In this document: piece after piece, positions 29,680-39,855 of the stretch
Layout: the number at the start of each line of letters is the position of its first letter
Numbering within the stretch: the stretch's first letter is position 1
DNA from: a virus
Direction: 5' to 3' (one strand)
DNA length: 64,000 nt
Virus record (IMG/VR): IMGVR_UViG_3300031772_000002
Span: 1 to 64,000 of that record
The notes under the pieces: generated by a model
The model's database searches: none
Seen by the model: only the letters and a program-made list of their open reading frames with translations
What the model was told of the DNA's origin: nothing
Made by a program: the position numbers and the translations under genes

Positions 29680-29919
29680 ATGGATACTTTTAATAAAATA
29701 TACAAACAATCTTTTAATGAAGAACTGGTTAAATTAGCCATGCCTCCAAATGCAGGTCTTGTTAAAAATATTCAAAGATCTATCCTTAAAGGTCAATATG
29801 CAAATAAAGATGTTTTAAAACGTTTTTTACATTCTGCTACTGGAATTAATATTAAAGATTTACAAAAATCAAAAAGTTCTTTAGTAAGTAAGAACTTTTT
29901 TCCTATTATTAAAAAGTAG
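29680..29919 (+). CDS. Putative head internal protein
   Basis: IYKQSFNEELVKLA leader. Confidence 0.5.
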   Translation: MDTFNKIYKQSFNEELVKLAMPPNAGLVKNIQRSILKGQYANKDVLKRFLHSATGINIKDLQKSKSSLVSKNFFPIIKK

Positions 29920-29930
29920 ATATAGACTTT

Positions 29931-30320
29931 ATGAATGAATTATTAGAACAAGCATACAATCAATCATTTAAAGATGAATTGAATAAAATATCTGAATTAA
30001 CTCCAGAAAAGAAAAAAATATTAAATGATTATAAAGAGTCAGTTAAAAATTTAAAAGGGCCTGAATATCCATTTTTTCATAAATATAGAATTCCTGAAAT
30101 ATTGGGTGGTATTGGTGGAGCTACTGTCGGAGTAATTGCTGAAAAAGCTTTTAACAAAAGATACCCTAAATATATTGATTTAAAAAATCCTATTGCTAGT
30201 TCGTTTAGTTTAGGTGGAATTATTGCTGGAGGTGTATTGTCTAAAGATACTCTATATCGAAGAAAAATAAATGAATTGAAATTAAAACGTAAAGATGATT
30301 TAAAAAAAATACAACAATAA
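29931..30320 (+). CDS. Putative head internal protein with two Gly-rich helices
   Basis: MNELLEQAYNQSFKDELNKIS leader, near-identical to 29383. Confidence 0.5.
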   Translation: MNELLEQAYNQSFKDELNKISELTPEKKKILNDYKESVKNLKGPEYPFFHKYRIPEILGGIGGATVGVIAEKAFNKRYPKYIDLKNPIASSFSLGGIIAGGVLSKDTLYRRKINELKLKRKDDLKKIQQ

Positions 30321-30322
30321 TT

Positions 30323-32167
30323 ATGATTAAATATATTGAATATAATTCGATTGGTGATGATGGACAGCAATTAATTATTCCTGTTAATAATATGATGTCA
30401 ATGACCAAAACAGCATCGAATTATTCTCAGGAAATAATGGATTATATTACTGGCATGACTCGTAGGTCAGATCGTTATTATGTAGTTGTCAACGCTCTTG
30501 GTTCTTATGAAGTTTGGGGGGCTAATAGAAATGGGGATGCTTTTCCTGAATCAGGTTTAATTCATAAATCTCTTAGAACTGATATGGGAACCGTTAATGA
30601 TTATGGTTATAAAACTTTTGAATATTATGCTAAGTTTTTCAAGCATCATTGTAATAAAAATCCTAAAATGAATTTTGGAGAAGTATTATATTCATATTGG
30701 AATCCTATATTACATCGTGTTGAATTGATTGTTGCAATTGATACAGTTACAGGCGCTGATATAATTGAAGAACTTGAAAATGGTGACAATGTAGGAGTAT
30801 CGATGGGCGCTAAAGTCAAGTTTGATAGATGCTCTGTTTGTCAACATAAATCAACTACTCGTAAAGAATATTGCAAACATCTTGCTTTACATATGGGAGA
30901 AATAGTAACCCATGATCTATCTCAGATATGGTCTAAAGAATTAGGAGTTAGTATTTTTCCAGGCCAACAGGTTTTTGCCTTTAATGATTTTCCAAAATTT
31001 TTTGATTTATCGAGAGTATTTATAGGAGCTGATCGTATATCATATATTCTTGGAAAAGCTGCGTCATTGCATAAAATATCGTCTTTAGCGCTTGCGGATG
31101 CGTATGGAGTAACCGATATGATGGTAGATAAATTTGCTCAGGTTTTAAAAAAAAGTGAAATTGATAAAGAAGTTGGGGCTTTAGGCCCTGATGATATAGA
31201 TGGTCAGGTTAATCCAATAGATCAAAAGATAGAATTAAAAAATTCTATTGATGAAAAAATGAAAAATATTATAGTTGCTGAGCCTGCAATACCAAATGAA
31301 ATTATTGATAGTGTTGCTCCAACGCTTCCGTTGAGTACTATATTTTCTACAATGCTTGGAATGGGTGTCCAGCCTAAACCTCAAGAATTTCAACGTATAA
31401 TACTTATTAAAATTAACGCTAAACCTATTGCTGATTATCTTGATGAGAATAATCAAGTGTTTGATTATACCGATAATTCTCAATCACAAAATATTGATAT
31501 ATCACAAAATAATTTTAGTGACACATTGGGAAAAATTTTATCTGGTCTTTTAGATCAAAGAAGTGCTCATCCTTCATTTCTTGAACCTCGTTTAAATCAT
31601 ACTATTATTAAAGAAAGTGGTATTGTTGCTAACGATTTTACTGAAGAAAAAAAATATACTATTAATAAAAAACTTTCGTTACTTGCTGGAATAGCTGCAT
31701 TATACACAGGACTTAAGGCCAAAGCATTAGGATACACGTCTAAAGATGTGGCTTTTGAATTTGCAAAAAGACCATGGTTAAAATCAATTATTGGAGGTGG
31801 AATTTTATATCTACTTCTTAATAGATTAAATCAAGAAAAACTTTCTGACACTTTAGTACCTGCATCTAATTATTCAGATGTATTGCAGAATACTAATTTT
31901 TCTGGAAAACTTATAAAACAAGCTTCTAAAGAAAATAATATAATTACTGAAGGTATGATTTTAGGTGCAATAGTTTTGCCTGGAGCATATATTTATAATT
32001 CATACAATCAAGACACTTCTTATATTATTAAAACATCTAAATTTATTAAAAATGGTTTAATTAAGGCGTCTTCTTATATTAATAAAAATAATTTTTTAAA
32101 TAAAACACTTGTAATTAATGAACAAAAAGAATATGATTTAAAAGAAAAGTTGTTAAAACTAAAATAA
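30323..32167 (+). CDS. Putative prohead maturation protease (assemblin/HK97-type) with Zn finger
   Basis: NRNGDAF, FKHH, GVSMG candidate catalytic Ser, CSVC..YCKH; upstream of scaffold and capsid. Confidence 0.55.
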   Translation: MIKYIEYNSIGDDGQQLIIPVNNMMSMTKTASNYSQEIMDYITGMTRRSDRYYVVVNALGSYEVWGANRNGDAFPESGLIHKSLRTDMGTVNDYGYKTFEYYAKFFKHHCNKNPKMNFGEVLYSYWNPILHRVELIVAIDTVTGADIIEELENGDNVGVSMGAKVKFDRCSVCQHKSTTRKEYCKHLALHMGEIVTHDLSQIWSKELGVSIFPGQQVFAFNDFPKFFDLSRVFIGADRISYILGKAASLHKISSLALADAYGVTDMMVDKFAQVLKKSEIDKEVGALGPDDIDGQVNPIDQKIELKNSIDEKMKNIIVAEPAIPNEIIDSVAPTLPLSTIFSTMLGMGVQPKPQEFQRIILIKINAKPIADYLDENNQVFDYTDNSQSQNIDISQNNFSDTLGKILSGLLDQRSAHPSFLEPRLNHTIIKESGIVANDFTEEKKYTINKKLSLLAGIAALYTGLKAKALGYTSKDVAFEFAKRPWLKSIIGGGILYLLLNRLNQEKLSDTLVPASNYSDVLQNTNFSGKLIKQASKENNIITEGMILGAIVLPGAYIYNSYNQDTSYIIKTSKFIKNGLIKASSYINKNNFLNKTLVINEQKEYDLKEKLLKLK

Positions 32168-32262
32168 GTTAGTATATTTGTATTGTGGCTTTGTATAAAT
32201 AAAAAAAATAGATAAATTAATGTAGAATAAAATTTAACATTTAATTTTAATGGAGGAATTGT

Positions 32263-33168
32263 ATGAGTAAAAAAACTACATTCGAAGACCATGTTAAAAT
32301 AATAGAAGCTGGTCATCAAAAAGTTGCGGGTCTAAATCCAAAAACAGGAAAAATTCAAAGTTCTTTTCTTGACAAATTAGCACAAGAAATGGGATTTTCA
32401 ACAGAAGATGTAATACCTGACAACACAACGGTTGCGGGTACTGATCCTAATGTTGAATCTGCTATGGATCAAGTTATTGGCGATCAACTTATTCTTTCAG
32501 GCGGAGATCCTGTTGAAATAGCTGCTGGGGAAGTTCCTGCCGCTGCAACTCCTACAGATCAAAATCTTCCTATTTCAGATGGTGATTCAGTAATTACTGA
32601 TGCTAATAATTTTAGCAGGGAGCCTGAAGCTGTTGCCGCTGCTGCAGTTGGTGGTGGAGGTGATGAATCAGGAAAGTCTGCTATTGAAGGACCTGTTAAC
32701 GCTGAAACTATTGATGAAGAAGCTGCTAGTATTGGTGAGAAAATTGCATATGCTTTTCAAAATACTCTTGCAAAGCAAGCTGAAGATGCTGAATATTCTC
32801 AGGCTCTTGAAATTTTAAAAGAGGCCGGTGTTCTTGAAGGATACAATATTCATGATGAAGGTATTGAAAAGTCAGCTTCAGGAAATATTGATTATATTGA
32901 AAAAATTTCAAGTCGCCAACCTTTAACGCGCCAGGATATTATTGGAGCTGCTTATCAGGTTGTTGAGTTTGAAAAGAATGCGGCTGATGCAGAAAATAGA
33001 GGAAGAGAAGACGCTCATGCTCTTGTTGAGATGGTGGCTAAAAGTACAGAAGAGGTTTCTGCTATTGAAAAACAAGCATCGTCAGAGCAACAGGCAATAG
33101 ATAATCTTATGAAAGATCCTGCAGTTGTTAATGCAGTAAAAGTATTGAAAAGTAGAAATATAATTTAA
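32263..33168 (+). CDS. Putative scaffold/core protein
   Basis: Acidic, Ala-rich, GGAGG RBS, many K-x-A motifs, follows protease. Confidence 0.5.
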   Translation: MSKKTTFEDHVKIIEAGHQKVAGLNPKTGKIQSSFLDKLAQEMGFSTEDVIPDNTTVAGTDPNVESAMDQVIGDQLILSGGDPVEIAAGEVPAAATPTDQNLPISDGDSVITDANNFSREPEAVAAAAVGGGGDESGKSAIEGPVNAETIDEEAASIGEKIAYAFQNTLAKQAEDAEYSQALEILKEAGVLEGYNIHDEGIEKSASGNIDYIEKISSRQPLTRQDIIGAAYQVVEFEKNAADAENRGREDAHALVEMVAKSTEEVSAIEKQASSEQQAIDNLMKDPAVVNAVKVLKSRNII

Positions 33169-33189
33169 TCACAAAATTAATTAATTTTT

Positions 33190-33705
33190 GTGAGTATAAA
33201 TATGCAACAAGATATTAATATAGGTAGAATGATTTTAGATTTTATATCTTCTAAAAATTCTACTGAAAATACTGAAAAAATAGCATCAAACATTAATTTT
33301 AATGAAGCTAAAAAAATATCTGAAGGATTATTTAAAATAGCTTCATATCCATATAATGAAAATGTGTATGGATCTATTCAGGAGATAATGAAGATTGCTT
33401 CAAATTGTATTAGTTCTTTATTACAAACACTTAAAACTTCAAATTCGCAAGTTGTTGAATTAGAGAAGGCCGCTGAAATCAGATGTTTATTAGATGATAT
33501 GATTAAAAATGGACTTGTTAGTGATAATAATGTCGAAGAAAAGATAGCTGAATTAATGAAAAAAGATCATAATAATCTTTTAATATTAAAAGAAGCTATA
33601 AAACTTGCAAATAATAAAGAAAGTGAAAGTTTAATATTTGAACAAAATACTAATGAAGGATCTAAATCACGAATTAAACGTGGTATATTTGATGGTATTT
33701 TATAA
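33190..33705 (+). CDS. Putative head assembly protein
   Basis: KIAS three times, helical. Confidence 0.45.
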   Translation: MSINMQQDINIGRMILDFISSKNSTENTEKIASNINFNEAKKISEGLFKIASYPYNENVYGSIQEIMKIASNCISSLLQTLKTSNSQVVELEKAAEIRCLLDDMIKNGLVSDNNVEEKIAELMKKDHNNLLILKEAIKLANNKESESLIFEQNTNEGSKSRIKRGIFDGIL

Positions 33706-33767
33706 TTTTTTTTTTAACTATTAATAATTTCACCATTGTATATGGATTGAAATGATTGGAGAAACTT

Positions 33768-34229
33768 ATGCTAGATGTATTGACTCTTTTGAATAAAGTT
33801 GAGCGTGTGTCTCGTTTATTTGAACTTGACAATTTTGTTGCGGTTCCTGGAATATGGGCTGAAGTTGTTGATGATGGTTCTATTAAAAACGTTGTTACTG
33901 ATACTCCTGCTAAATGCAATAAACTTGTATTTAGTGGAGTTTCAGACAATGTTTACGAAAATAACGATACAAAGGCCGGCAGGGTAACTACCATAGAATC
34001 GCATGGTATTCGTTGTAAAGTTGATTCGGAAGGATATGATGGAACTATAAATGTTAATGATGATCTTGTTGTAGCCACAGGAGCAGGCATTGAAGGTAAA
34101 CTTGTGTCTGTAGCAGAAACAGCAGAGACAGGAATATATGAAGTTGTAGCTCGTGCTGAAGAGGTTAATGATACAGAAGGTTGGATTATATTCAGAACAT
34201 TGTCTCCTTCATATATTACATTAACGTAA
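33768..34229 (+). CDS. Putative capsid decoration/cement protein
   Basis: About 150 aa, beta-rich, in head operon, followed by terminator. Confidence 0.45.
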   Translation: MLDVLTLLNKVERVSRLFELDNFVAVPGIWAEVVDDGSIKNVVTDTPAKCNKLVFSGVSDNVYENNDTKAGRVTTIESHGIRCKVDSEGYDGTINVNDDLVVATGAGIEGKLVSVAETAETGIYEVVARAEEVNDTEGWIIFRTLSPSYITLT

Positions 34230-34266
34230 TTAATTATATTTGTATAAAATTCACACACTTATTAGT

Positions 34267-34299
34267 AAAAATCCCATAGTTTTAACTATGGGATTTTTT
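34267..34299 (+). terminator. Intrinsic terminator
   Basis: AAAAATCCCATAGTT/AACTATGGGATTTTT. Confidence 0.8.
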
Positions 34300-34309
34300 G
34301 GATTTTATC

Positions 34310-35734
34310 ATGACAAGAGGAATATTATTTATAGTATTTGGTGATTATTATAAATTAGCAATACAAACAATTACATATTCTCGTCAATTTACAAATCTTC
34401 CTATACAGATTATATACAATATTAAAGATCTTCCAGATTATTTAAAAATTAATAATACAATATTTACATATTCTAATCTGAATACTGAACTTAATAGACA
34501 AATAAAAACATTAATGCATTTACATTCAGTATTTGATGAAACTATTTATATTGATTGTGATGCGGTAATACAAAATTATGGCATAGAAAATGTTTTTAAA
34601 TATTTTGATGAAGGGAATGATTTACTTTTAGTAAATTATGGATTTTATAGAACTTCAGAAATTGTTCGTCGCCAATCTCCTTATACTAGTATATTTAAAA
34701 AATTTAATATTGAATCTCCTGTTTGTATATATTATGGGGCATTTATTGGATTTAAGAAAAATGATAATGTGTCTGATTTTTTTATAAAATGGAACAAAAA
34801 TTGGAAAGAAGATGGTGGTGGCAGAGAAATGCCTGCTTTATCAATGACAACACATTATACTAATGCCGTTATTAAAAATATTGAAATTAAAGACGATATA
34901 TTCATGTGGAAACCATATAATCCAAAATCTATTATACAACATGAGTTTGGAGGAGGGTCAGCCTTTTGGAAAAAATATTTTAATTTTAGTAAAAATTTAA
35001 TAGAAATTAAAAATAAAATAGAACTAGTTGAAGATATTGATAAAAATAAAATAGAATTAGTAAAAGATATTGATAAAAATAAAATAGAACTAGTTGAAGA
35101 TATTGATAAAAATAAAATAGAATTAGTAAAAGATATTAATGAAAATAAAATAAAATATAAAAATATCGATATAAAATCAAAAAATGTATTTGTAGATTGT
35201 GGATCTTTTAAAGGTGGAATCGCAAAAATTTTTAAATTAAAAAATCTTCATTATAAAGTTTTTGCTTTTGAATGTAATCCTTTTTTATCGTTAGCTATAT
35301 ATAGAAATCATATAATTAAAATTAATAAAGCTGTATGGATATATGATGGATTTGTAGATTATTATCTATCAGATGTTAGATTGGAAAATTTAAAAAATTC
35401 TTCTTTATATAAATATAATAGAAATTTAAATTTAAATACAATTAAACAATATCAGGTTCCATGTATTGATTTTAGTAATTGGTTAGGTAGTAATTTTAAT
35501 GAAAATGATAATGTAATTGTAAGAATGAATATTGCTGGCGCTGAATATGAAGTTTTAAAAAAATGTATTAATGATGGAACCATTTATTTAATTAAAAAAT
35601 TATTAGTACAATGGAGTTATAATAAAATAGATTCTATTAAACATTTACATAATGAAATATTCAATAAATTAGTTGATTTAAAAATAAATATAATAAATAA
35701 GCATATAGATCTTTATATTAATAATCAGGTATAG
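34310..35734 (+). CDS. GT-A glycosyltransferase fused to FkbM-like methyltransferase via repeat linker
   Basis: TIYIDCD (DxD); VDCGSFKG, AFECNP, KAVW, MNIAGAEY. Confidence 0.7.
   Translation: MTRGILFIVFGDYYKLAIQTITYSRQFTNLPIQIIYNIKDLPDYLKINNTIFTYSNLNTELNRQIKTLMHLHSVFDETIYIDCDAVIQNYGIENVFKYFDEGNDLLLVNYGFYRTSEIVRRQSPYTSIFKKFNIESPVCIYYGAFIGFKKNDNVSDFFIKWNKNWKEDGGGREMPALSMTTHYTNAVIKNIEIKDDIFMWKPYNPKSIIQHEFGGGSAFWKKYFNFSKNLIEIKNKIELVEDIDKNKIELVKDIDKNKIELVEDIDKNKIELVKDINENKIKYKNIDIKSKNVFVDCGSFKGGIAKIFKLKNLHYKVFAFECNPFLSLAIYRNHIIKINKAVWIYDGFVDYYLSDVRLENLKNSSLYKYNRNLNLNTIKQYQVPCIDFSNWLGSNFNENDNVIVRMNIAGAEYEVLKKCINDGTIYLIKKLLVQWSYNKIDSIKHLHNEIFNKLVDLKINIINKHIDLYINNQV
35009..35152 (+). repeat. 33-bp tandem repeat x4 (KNKIELV[E/K]DID), ABAB pattern
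   Basis: Units at 35009, 35042, 35075, 35108. Confidence 0.9.
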
Positions 35735-35738
35735 TATC

Positions 35739-36623
35739 ATGAGTATTGGAATATTAGTAAGTCATACTCCTGTACACATGAATAAATATTTTTCTTCAAA
35801 AAATTTAGCAAATGCATTAAATGCAAAATTATTTCAAATAGGGATTAAAAAAATAGAAGGAATTGATCATTTAATAATTATTGGTATGAAAGGTTTAGAT
35901 ACTTATAGTAAATTAAATGATAAAAATTTTAAATCAGTATCGGTTATATTTAGTGATACAAGATTTTGCATTGAACATAAATGGTGTAATGATTATGTTA
36001 TTAAAAATAATATACCAGTTTATGCCATGCCAGATCTTAATAATTTTATACGATGTAAATATGTTCCAGCTTATCAAACAATAACATGTCCAAATATTAT
36101 TGTTGAAAAGCCAACTGATAGAACAGTTATATGCCATTCTCCTGGAATAAAATGTTTAGATAATTGGAAAGGTACAAACCAAATCGAAAAAATTGTTAAT
36201 GAATTATCAAAAGAATATAAAATAGAATATAAATTATTAACAGGTTTATCAAATGGGCAATGTATAAAAGAAAAAAGTTCTGCTCATATTTTTGTTGATC
36301 AATTAATAAAAGGAAATAAATTTGTTGATCAAAAAAGATTTGGAGGGGATATAGTATATAATGGTGGACTTGGCAAATCTGGAATAGAAGGAATGTGTTT
36401 AAGGTGTTGTGTAATTACAAGTATGGATGAAGTTGAAACAGAACCATACTTTCCGTTTCCTCCTATCGTTATAACTGATTATGATAATTTTAAAGATGAT
36501 TTAGAAAGAATTATATGCAATGTTGGTTATAGAAATTTGTTTATAGAAAAACAAAAAAAATGGGTTGATAGATATTGTAGTCCTGAATTTGTATCAATGA
36601 ATGTTTTAAGGCATATTTTATGA
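35739..36623 (+). CDS. Putative GT-B glycosyltransferase
   Basis: ICHSP..KGT, IFVDQ, GKSGIEGM. Confidence 0.6.
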   Translation: MSIGILVSHTPVHMNKYFSSKNLANALNAKLFQIGIKKIEGIDHLIIIGMKGLDTYSKLNDKNFKSVSVIFSDTRFCIEHKWCNDYVIKNNIPVYAMPDLNNFIRCKYVPAYQTITCPNIIVEKPTDRTVICHSPGIKCLDNWKGTNQIEKIVNELSKEYKIEYKLLTGLSNGQCIKEKSSAHIFVDQLIKGNKFVDQKRFGGDIVYNGGLGKSGIEGMCLRCCVITSMDEVETEPYFPFPPIVITDYDNFKDDLERIICNVGYRNLFIEKQKKWVDRYCSPEFVSMNVLRHIL

Positions 36624-36871
36624 GTTTAAGAAGTGCATCCAAACTTAGAACTATATGTGAAGTAATTAGAGAAGTTAATGATATACTTCAAAATAAAGAA
36701 ATTCATAAAGAAATATTGCCAAAATTAATAGAAATTGAATATATGGCAAAAAAAATGGAAAAAAAACTTCTTGAATATAATAGAAATGGTTTTCCTGATT
36801 GGTGGAAAGAAAATGAAGATTATGAAAAAGATTTAGAAAAAAGGATTGATAAATCATATTTAGCAGAATAG
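36620..36871 (+). CDS. Hypothetical protein
   Basis: Translationally coupled ORF. Confidence 0.55.
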   Translation: MSLRSASKLRTICEVIREVNDILQNKEIHKEILPKLIEIEYMAKKMEKKLLEYNRNGFPDWWKENEDYEKDLEKRIDKSYLAE

Positions 36872-36879
36872 GATTAAAA

Positions 36880-37473
36880 ATGAAAGTATATATTGATTGT
36901 GGATCATACGAAGGTGGAACAATAAGAAAATTTATAAAAAGTGATTATTATTCTAATGATTTTAAAATTTATGCATTTGATCCAAATCCAAGACTAACTC
37001 AATCAAATTATTGTGATAATGTTATTTTTATTAAAAAGGCTGTTTGGACATCTAATGGTGTTATTGATTTTTATATAAATACAAAAAATACTAATAAACA
37101 ATGCGGGTCTTCCATTATTAAAGAAAAAATTACAGGATCTCTTGATAAAAAAAATCCTATAAAGGTTGATGCTATAGATTTTAGTTTATGGTTAAAAAAT
37201 AATTTTACTATTAATGATTATATTATTATACAAATGAATATTGAAGGGGCTGAATATAATGTTCTAAATAAATGTATTGATGATGGAAGTATTAATTTAA
37301 TAAATAAATTATTTGTTCAATTTCATGAAAAAAAAATATTTTTTGGAATTGATAATCATAATAAATTATTAAGGAGACTTGCAAATATAAAAGGATTATC
37401 ATTGCATATAGATAGTAAGGATCCGCTTGAACAAGAATTTTATGAGTTACACAAATGCTATACCAATGTTTAA
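36880..37473 (+). CDS. FkbM-family methyltransferase
   Basis: YIDCGSYEG, AFDPNP, KAVW, MNIEGAEY, VQFH. Confidence 0.8.
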   Translation: MKVYIDCGSYEGGTIRKFIKSDYYSNDFKIYAFDPNPRLTQSNYCDNVIFIKKAVWTSNGVIDFYINTKNTNKQCGSSIIKEKITGSLDKKNPIKVDAIDFSLWLKNNFTINDYIIIQMNIEGAEYNVLNKCIDDGSINLINKLFVQFHEKKIFFGIDNHNKLLRRLANIKGLSLHIDSKDPLEQEFYELHKCYTNV

Positions 37474-37529
37474 TAAATTATACGGGCACACCAAGAACTG
37501 CTCAATTTGGAAATGATTATTGTGGTTAA
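37455..37529 (+). pseudogene. 24-codon remnant resembling the N-terminus of the next gene
   Basis: GTPRTAQFG versus GTPRTAQIG in 37539 ORF. Confidence 0.45.
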
Positions 37530-37538
37530 GGTGTTAAA

Positions 37539-38213
37539 ATGTCTAAATTAATAAAAATTAAAGGAACTCCACGAACAGCTCAGATTGGAAGTGAAATTGA
37601 TGGTTATAGATCATTTAGTGATAATCATAATATAGAAAGAGTTGTTGAATATCCATGGGCTTTAAAATTTTTAAAATATATTAAAAGTGGAAAAAGAGAA
37701 AAGGTATTAGATATTGGTCCAGGGCCATTTTATGTTTTTCCACAAATATTACAATATATGAATTATAATGTTGTTATTATAGATGTTGGACCATATGCTG
37801 ATAGAATTATAAAAGATGATATTTGTGAAACTAAATTATTATCAAATGAATTTAATGTTGTTTTTTGTATTAATGTAATACAATTATGTTATGATCATTT
37901 ATTAGCTATTAATAATATTCATAGAATATTAAAAAATAATGGACTTGCTGTTATTACTGCTGGTTTTAGTAAAGAAAAAAAAGATTTATCAGTTAGAGGA
38001 TATATTTGTAATAAAAATAAAGTTAAGACTAATGGGTGTTTTACAATATATCAACAAGAAGTTGATGAATGGATAAAAAAATTTTCTAAGTGTTTGGAAA
38101 TTATATATTGGAAAGCGTGGGAAACGGATTGGCATGTTGGAGATAGGCTTCCGTTTCCTATCGAATACGGAATAGATGAAGCTCAGTTAATTGGAATTAC
38201 TTTACAAAAATAA
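37539..38213 (+). CDS. Class I SAM-dependent methyltransferase
   Basis: ERVVEYPW, VLDIGPG, HRILKNNG. Confidence 0.75.
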   Translation: MSKLIKIKGTPRTAQIGSEIDGYRSFSDNHNIERVVEYPWALKFLKYIKSGKREKVLDIGPGPFYVFPQILQYMNYNVVIIDVGPYADRIIKDDICETKLLSNEFNVVFCINVIQLCYDHLLAINNIHRILKNNGLAVITAGFSKEKKDLSVRGYICNKNKVKTNGCFTIYQQEVDEWIKKFSKCLEIIYWKAWETDWHVGDRLPFPIEYGIDEAQLIGITLQK

Positions 38214-38216
38214 ATT

Positions 38217-38825
38217 ATGGATAAAGAAAAATTTATATTAGATAGAAATACTGGAGTTTTAGATCAGATATGGGAAAGATATTTTGATAAAACGCATCCT
38301 AAACATCAACAAGTTGTAAATAGATTTAATTGGATTATTGATAGAGTACATGGCCCAAGAGTAATTGATATTGGATGCTCTAATGGATTGGGTATTTTTC
38401 TTTTTTCAAAAATAAATGATGTGGAAGAAATATATGGAATTGATATATGTGAAAAAATAATTGAAATGGCTAAAGTTAATAATTGTAATTCTAATAAAAA
38501 AATTGTTATTAAAACAGGAATGGCCGAAAAACTTGAGTTTGAAAATAGTTTTTTTGATTGTATAATAATGGGAGAAACTCTTGAGCATGTTTTTAATGAT
38601 ATAGATTCTATTTATGAGGCTTATAGGGTATTAAAAAATAAAGGTACAATTATTATAACAATTCCTGAGGGTGGAAGAATTTCAAGAAACCATCTTCGTG
38701 TATATTCAGAACAATCTATTGTTGATTTACTTACTATAACAAAATTTAAAATAATTGAAATTCATAGAATGTTATCAGGTCACGGGTCGTCTTCATATTG
38801 GATATTAATAAAAGCTATAAAATAA
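38217..38825 (+). CDS. Class I SAM-dependent methyltransferase
   Basis: VIDIGCSNG, GIDI, ETLEH, RVLKNKG. Confidence 0.85.
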   Translation: MDKEKFILDRNTGVLDQIWERYFDKTHPKHQQVVNRFNWIIDRVHGPRVIDIGCSNGLGIFLFSKINDVEEIYGIDICEKIIEMAKVNNCNSNKKIVIKTGMAEKLEFENSFFDCIIMGETLEHVFNDIDSIYEAYRVLKNKGTIIITIPEGGRISRNHLRVYSEQSIVDLLTITKFKIIEIHRMLSGHGSSSYWILIKAIK

Positions 38826-39754
38826 TGAATTATTTATTTCTTAGAGGGAAAGCAGCTGCTATATATGAAAAATCAGATATGTGGCAAAGTTTATTTATTA
38901 ATATGGTTGGTGGTAATGAAAATGGAGAAATGATATGTTATGGAAAAAAAGAATTTCATCAGGTATTAAATAATTTTAGTATTATATGCACTGATGATAT
39001 AAAAAATTATGAAGCGCCATTTGAACCAAATGTTATATTTTCAAGAGGTGGATTTGGATGGAATGATATTATTTTAAATAAATATAAATCTACAATTAAA
39101 ATTTATTATGGAGCAGGCCCTCGTTATAATCCAAAGAATGATATTTATTATGATATAATTTTAACAGATTGTAAAGAATTTTTAACTAATTGTAAATTAG
39201 ATCATAATAATTCTAAAGTAGTTCCATGGATAAAGCCTGCACATCCTGATTTTGCTCCTCCATTGTCTTATAGTCATGAATATGATATTTGTTATATTGG
39301 AAATACAAAAGAACCTAGACCACATAAGGGTCATAAGTTTGTAAAAGAAACGTGTCCTAAAAATTTAAGTATTTTACATCTTGGATATAAATCTGAAATT
39401 GATGATTTGAATAATGTAATTAATAAATTAGTATCAAGAAATGAAATGTCATATTGGATAGGTAAATGTAAAATTGGAATAATTCCATCTTTAATAGATT
39501 ATTGTCCACGTGCAATGTCTGAAATGCTTGCATGTGGCCTACCTGTTATTGCTCTTGATACAGTAAATTTTTGGCCTGAAATTTATAGAGATGTTATTGT
39601 TTTAAATAAAGAAAATTTTTGGAATGGTATAAATAAATTATTAAATTCTGATATTAATCATAAAGAAATAAGCGACACATATCAAAATGAATTATCAATT
39701 GGAGTTGCTTCAAGTTATTTAAAAAATTTAATTAATGAAAAAAAGTATGTATAA
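38825..39754 (+). CDS. GT4-like glycosyltransferase
   Basis: HKGH, PRAMSEMLACGLPVI. Confidence 0.75.
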   Translation: MNYLFLRGKAAAIYEKSDMWQSLFINMVGGNENGEMICYGKKEFHQVLNNFSIICTDDIKNYEAPFEPNVIFSRGGFGWNDIILNKYKSTIKIYYGAGPRYNPKNDIYYDIILTDCKEFLTNCKLDHNNSKVVPWIKPAHPDFAPPLSYSHEYDICYIGNTKEPRPHKGHKFVKETCPKNLSILHLGYKSEIDDLNNVINKLVSRNEMSYWIGKCKIGIIPSLIDYCPRAMSEMLACGLPVIALDTVNFWPEIYRDVIVLNKENFWNGINKLLNSDINHKEISDTYQNELSIGVASSYLKNLINEKKYV

Positions 39755-39855
39755 TGTTAAAAATTAATTATATTATCTATATATGTACAAATTATTAATA
39801 ATATGTTATAATAAAAATATGTGAAACTATTTAAATTATACCAAAGGAGTTTTTT

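Noticed and set aside
20754-33705. Portal protein
   Set aside because: No ORF could be recognised as portal; may lie outside the window
35009-35152. CRISPR array
   Set aside because: Contiguous in-frame coding repeats without spacers
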